The translations under genes and the position numbers were made by a program. Shown here piece by piece: positions 60,146 through 64,000 of a DNA stretch of 64,000 nucleotides (its first letter is position 1; the number at the start of each line of letters is the position of its first letter). This stretch comes from Clostridium sediminicola (GTDB lineage: Bacteria; Bacillota; Clostridia; Clostridiales; Clostridiaceae), in NCBI RefSeq assembly GCF_050402865.1, contig NZ_BAABMF010000007.1, positions 8,141 to 72,140 on the forward strand. Direction: 5' to 3'. A model generated the notes under the pieces. It was given only the letters and a program-made list of their open reading frames with translations, was not told the origin of the DNA and searched no databases.

Positions 60146-61128
60146 ACTTCCTTGCCTCCTGTTTGGACAAAACCAATCTCATAAGCTTTATCTCCAAGCT
60201 TTTTAAGTTCTTTTATAACTTCTTCTGAATCCTCTTTATTTATACATAACACAAATCCTATCCCCATATTAAAAGTATTATACATATGTTCTTCTTCAAC
60301 ACCTAAATCCATTAAGTAATTAAAAATTGGAGGTTTTTCAAATGAATCTTTAAAAATAACTGCAGTGAAATCATTTTTAAACATTCTAGGAATATTTTCA
60401 TAAAATCCTCCTCCAGTAATGTGAGCCATTCCTTTAATACTAAATTTCTTCATTATTTCTAATACACTTTTAACATAAATCTTAGTAGGTTCTAATAAAA
60501 CTTCACCAATTTTTTTTCCATTAAATTCTTCATCAAAATTAGTAATTAGTTTTCTTACTAAAGAAAAGCCATTGCTATGAACACCAGACGACTCTATTCC
60601 TATAAGTACATCGCCAGCTTCTATAGTGCTCCCATCTATTATGCTATCTTTTTCTACTGCACCTACACAAAAACCTGCTATATCATACTCACCTTTTTTA
60701 TAAAATCCAGGCATTTCAGCAGTTTCCCCACCAATCAAGGCAGAATTTGCCATAATACATCCTTCACTCACACCTTTAACAATGTCAGTTGCCGCATCTG
60801 CATCTAATTGTCCACAGGCCATATAATCTAAAAAGAATAAGGGTTCTGCACCATGGCACAAAATATCATTTACACACATTGCAACACAATCTATTCCTAC
60901 AGTATCATAAATACCCATTTCAAAAGCGATTTTTAACTTTGTTCCTACACCATCAGTACCTGACACTAATACTGGGTTCTTATAGTCCTTCAATTGATAC
61001 ATCCCAGCAAATGAACCTAAGTTATTTAATACCCCATCATTATATGTTTTTTCAACATGATTTTTCATCTGTGATACTGCTTTATAACCTTCTTCTATAT
61101 TGACACCAGCGTCCTTATAAGTGGCCAT
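60133..61128 (-). CDS. purM: phosphoribosylformylglycinamidine cyclo-ligase (AIR synthetase)
   Basis: PurM family pattern (DAGVNIEEG, GTDGVGTK, HITGGG). Confidence 0.9.
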   Translation of the reverse strand: MATYKDAGVNIEEGYKAVSQMKNHVEKTYNDGVLNNLGSFAGMYQLKDYKNPVLVSGTDGVGTKLKIAFEMGIYDTVGIDCVAMCVNDILCHGAEPLFFLDYMACGQLDADAATDIVKGVSEGCIMANSALIGGETAEMPGFYKKGEYDIAGFCVGAVEKDSIIDGSTIEAGDVLIGIESSGVHSNGFSLVRKLITNFDEEFNGKKIGEVLLEPTKIYVKSVLEIMKKFSIKGMAHITGGGFYENIPRMFKNDFTAVIFKDSFEKPPIFNYLMDLGVEEEHMYNTFNMGIGFVLCINKEDSEEVIKELKKLGDKAYEIGFVQTGGKEVCLK

Positions 61129-61135
61129 GAATTTC

Positions 61136-62548
61136 CTACCTTTCTAAACATTCTTTTGAATTTTCTATTGGTGCAGATTCTGGATAAACTCCATTAAAAC
61201 ATCCCATACATAAACCTTTATTACATGGTATTGTTTCCTTCAAACCTTCTCTACTTAAGTATCCAAGACTATCTGCCCCAAGATAATCCCTAATCTCTTC
61301 AACATTCTTATGTGCACCAATAAGTTCTTTTCTATATGAAATATCTATACCAAAGTAACATGGATATTTTACTATAGGTGATGATACTCTAAAATGTATC
61401 TCCTTTGCCCCAGCTCTTCTCAATATCTCAACCAATCTTCTACTTGTTGTTCCCCTAACAATGGAATCATCAATTATTACAACTCTTTTTCCTTCAATAT
61501 TAGGTTTAAGCGCATTTAACTTAACTGATACTGCTTTTTCTCTTAACTCCTGAGTTGGTGCAATAAAAGTTCTTGCAACATATTTATTTTTTATAAGTCC
61601 TATTCCATATGGAATTCCTGATGCCTTAGAATATCCTATAGCTGCTGATAATCCTGAGTCTGGAACGCCTACTACAATATCAGCTTCCACAGGTGCTTCC
61701 TTATATAATAATTCCCCTGCCCTTACTCTAGATTCATAAACACTATCTCCATCCATAACACTATCAGGCCTAGCAAAATAAATATATTCAAAAGAACAAG
61801 TTGCATGTTTTATTTTTTCAGCATATTTAATAGATTTAATTCCATTCTCATCAATTATTACCATTTCACCTGGATTAACATCTCTTACAAGGTCCGCTCC
61901 AATAGCATCTAATGCACAACTCTCAGAGCTTAGAATGTAATCATCATCAATCTTACCAATACAAAGTGGCCTAATTCCATGAGGATCTCTCACTCCTATT
62001 AATTTATTTTCAGTTAAAATAACTATAGCATAAGAACCTTTTACTGCACGTATCGCACTAACAACTGCTTCTTCTATTCCATACTTTACTTTTCTTGCAA
62101 TTAGATTAAGTATTACTTCTGAATCATTTGAGGTATGAAATAAAACTCCGCCATCCTCTAACAAATCTCGTATAACATCAGCATTAATCAAATTTCCGTT
62201 ATGTGCTATGGATATAGCCCCAAGTTTATATTTACTAAGTAAAGGCTGAGCATTTTTAACATTACTTGAACCTGTTGTTGAATATCTAACATGACCTATT
62301 GCCATATTTCCTCTAAGACTTGTTACCGTTTCTTTATCTAAAGCTTCATGAACTAATCCCATATCCTTAACACACTTTAATTTTTCTCCATCGGAAACTG
62401 TAATACCTGCACTTTCCTGTCCTCTATGCTGTAGTGCATAAAGACCATAATAAACAGAAGGCGCTACATCAATATCTTTTTTTGAATAGATCCCGAAAAC
62501 TCCACACTCTTCTTTAAATTTATCATTTTCCAAAAAGATTCCACTCAT
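61136..62548 (-). CDS. purF: amidophosphoribosyltransferase
   Basis: N-terminal CGVFGIY (Ntn nucleophile Cys), the PRTase motif VVIIDDSIVRGTT, and C-terminal Cys residues for a 4Fe-4S cluster. Confidence 0.9.
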   Translation of the reverse strand: MSGIFLENDKFKEECGVFGIYSKKDIDVAPSVYYGLYALQHRGQESAGITVSDGEKLKCVKDMGLVHEALDKETVTSLRGNMAIGHVRYSTTGSSNVKNAQPLLSKYKLGAISIAHNGNLINADVIRDLLEDGGVLFHTSNDSEVILNLIARKVKYGIEEAVVSAIRAVKGSYAIVILTENKLIGVRDPHGIRPLCIGKIDDDYILSSESCALDAIGADLVRDVNPGEMVIIDENGIKSIKYAEKIKHATCSFEYIYFARPDSVMDGDSVYESRVRAGELLYKEAPVEADIVVGVPDSGLSAAIGYSKASGIPYGIGLIKNKYVARTFIAPTQELREKAVSVKLNALKPNIEGKRVVIIDDSIVRGTTSRRLVEILRRAGAKEIHFRVSSPIVKYPCYFGIDISYRKELIGAHKNVEEIRDYLGADSLGYLSREGLKETIPCNKGLCMGCFNGVYPESAPIENSKECLER

Positions 62549-62550
62549 TA

Positions 62551-63261
62551 TTAGTTTTCCTTCCCAACCAATCTTTTTAAGATTTCTTCGTACGCCTCTT
62601 TTACGTCTCCCATATCTCTTCTAAATCTATCTTTATCTAACTTTTCATTAGTAGTAGCATCCCAAAATCTGCATGTATCAGGTGATATCTCATCAGCTAA
62701 TAAAATTTCTCCATTGTATCTTCCAAACTCAATTTTAAAGTCAATAAGTTTAATATTTTGCTTTAAGAAAAATTCTTTTAAAATATCATTAATTTTAGCA
62801 GTCATTTCGTACATGACATTTAACTCTTCAAAAGTAGCAGCACCCAATGCAACTGCATGATAATCATTGATTAATGGATCTCCTAAATCATCATCTTTGT
62901 AGCAAATTTCAAAAATTGTAGTGCTTAACTCAGTTCCTTCTTGAATATTTAGTCGTTTTGCCATACTACCTGCAGCAACATTTCTTACTATAACTTCTAA
63001 AGGCACTATTTCAACTCTTTTACAAAGTTGTTCTCTATCACTTAACTTCTTCTCGAAGTGAGTTTTTATTCCATTTTCTTTCAATAAATCAAAAATCATT
63101 GTTGTAATGCTATTATTTAAAATTCCCTTACTTTCGATTTGTGATTTTTTTTCCCCGTTAAATGCTGTTGCATCATCTTTGTAATAAATAATTACATGAT
63201 CTTTGTCATCTGCCTCAAAAATTTGCTTTGCTTTGCCCTCATATAACATTTTTCTATCCAT
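62551..63261 (-). CDS. purC: phosphoribosylaminoimidazole-succinocarboxamide synthase
   Basis: [11 protein letters not shown]-terminal motif of SAICAR synthetase. The start is the ATG at 63261 (MDRK), which avoids overlap with purE. Confidence 0.9.
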   Translation of the reverse strand: MDRKMLYEGKAKQIFEADDKDHVIIYYKDDATAFNGEKKSQIESKGILNNSITTMIFDLLKENGIKTHFEKKLSDREQLCKRVEIVPLEVIVRNVAAGSMAKRLNIQEGTELSTTIFEICYKDDDLGDPLINDYHAVALGAATFEELNVMYEMTAKINDILKEFFLKQNIKLIDFKIEFGRYNGEILLADEISPDTCRFWDATTNEKLDKDRFRRDMGDVKEAYEEILKRLVGKEN

Positions 63262-63262
63262 T

Positions 63263-63742
63263 TTATAACTCCACCCCTTCACTATTGTCACTAATAAATT
63301 TAGCTTTCATATCTATACGATATTGAATTAATTTTTCTTTAAGTTCTGGATATTTGATAGATAACATTTCCACCGCTAACATTCCTGCATTTGAAGAATT
63401 GTTAACGCCAACTACTGCTACTGGAATAGGTTTTGGCATTTGAACCATAGATAGAAGAGAATCAAACCCTTGCATTGCCGCATTAATAGGTACACCGATT
63501 ACTGGTAGTATTGTCTTAGAAGCAATAACTCCTGGAAGATGTGCTGCGAGTCCTGCTCCTGCTATAATACATTCAAATCCATCATCTTCAATTTTCTTAA
63601 GCACTTCAGATAGTTTTTCTGGAATTCTGTGAGCTGATAAAATATATGCTTTATATTCTATTGAGAATTCCTTAAGAATTTGTGCTGCCCCTTTCATTTT
63701 TTCAATGTCTGATCTACTTCCAAAAATAATAGCTACTTTCAT
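63263..63742 (-). CDS. purE: 5-(carboxyamino)imidazole ribonucleotide mutase
   Basis: [12 protein letters not shown]...GAG.AAHLPGV.AS.T..PVIGVP PurE family pattern. RBS GGGAGG. Confidence 0.9.
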   Translation of the reverse strand: MKVAIIFGSRSDIEKMKGAAQILKEFSIEYKAYILSAHRIPEKLSEVLKKIEDDGFECIIAGAGLAAHLPGVIASKTILPVIGVPINAAMQGFDSLLSMVQMPKPIPVAVVGVNNSSNAGMLAVEMLSIKYPELKEKLIQYRIDMKAKFISDNSEGVEL

Positions 63743-64000
63743 AATAAACCTCCCGTTTTTTATATTTATTTTTTAAATTTTTCAATTGTATAATCATTTT
63801 AAAGTCCACCATTTGGAAAATTAATGGTGGATTTTTAATGTAAAATATATTTTTAGGGGAAATATATTTTAGTTAACTAAAGTTAATCATCGTTTGTATT
63901 AATACTAACATTGGCATATACAAAAGTCAATATATTAATTAATATTTCAAACTTATAATTCGTACGTAGTGAATTATTACATCTGTTTTTTGTGTGTTTT

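Noticed and set aside
63743-64000. Purine (guanine/adenine) riboswitch upstream of purE.
   Set aside because: The conserved riboswitch core sequences were not found in the available 258 nt. It may lie beyond the window edge, so it is neither called nor excluded.

Overview
This is a low-GC (roughly 28-30%) Firmicutes/Clostridia-type chromosomal segment from a spore-former. Almost all genes lie on the minus strand.

Gene content from left to right:
- 1..1519: a NifX-like protein plus two MinD-family ATPases with 4Fe-4S ferredoxin domains (an Fe-S cluster-handling trio).
- 1927..3817: two tandem MBL-fold hydrolase paralogs.
- 4751..7411: an operon of aspartate ammonia-lyase and the [FeFe]-hydrogenase maturation GTPase HydF.
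- 7542..17944: a long minus-strand catabolic operon with an RbsBAC-type sugar ABC transporter, a Zn-dependent polyol dehydrogenase, two FGGY kinases, an inositol-monophosphatase-family enzyme and L-ribulose-5-P 3- and 4-epimerases. The composition suggests pentitol (L-arabitol/xylitol) use.
- 18472..20962: an ANTAR response regulator and an unusual cytoplasmic sensor kinase whose N-terminus is a catalytically dead ABC nucleotide-binding domain. A leader terminator sits between them and the catabolic operon.
- 21293..25035: cardiolipin synthase, a metallophosphoesterase and an ECF sigma / anti-sigma pair.
- 25478..29145: two convergent ABC-F ATPases.
- 29371..34155: pfkA and a flotillin / NfeD / zinc-ribbon-membrane-protein operon.
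- 34686..39213: a YtrA-type GntR/ABC operon that conserves the B. subtilis-type AGTGTA-N13-TACACT operator.
- 39258..41425: a LuxR-type response regulator paired with an AgrC-like polytopic histidine kinase.
- 41617..45918: a sugar ABC transporter with a URO-D-family gene.
- 46336..52295: a gerA-type germinant receptor operon with a tandemly duplicated B-C pair.
- 52680..63742: the purine biosynthesis operon purECFMNHD plus a large single-chain purL.

Two dispersed intergenic repeat families are conspicuous. One is a 60-95 bp palindromic element with five copies, mostly upstream of genes. The other is a heptamer-tandem REP-like palindromic element at a dozen or so loci; most sit at gene 3' ends, some in promoter regions. 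No CRISPR array, rRNA/tRNA gene or obvious transposase is present.
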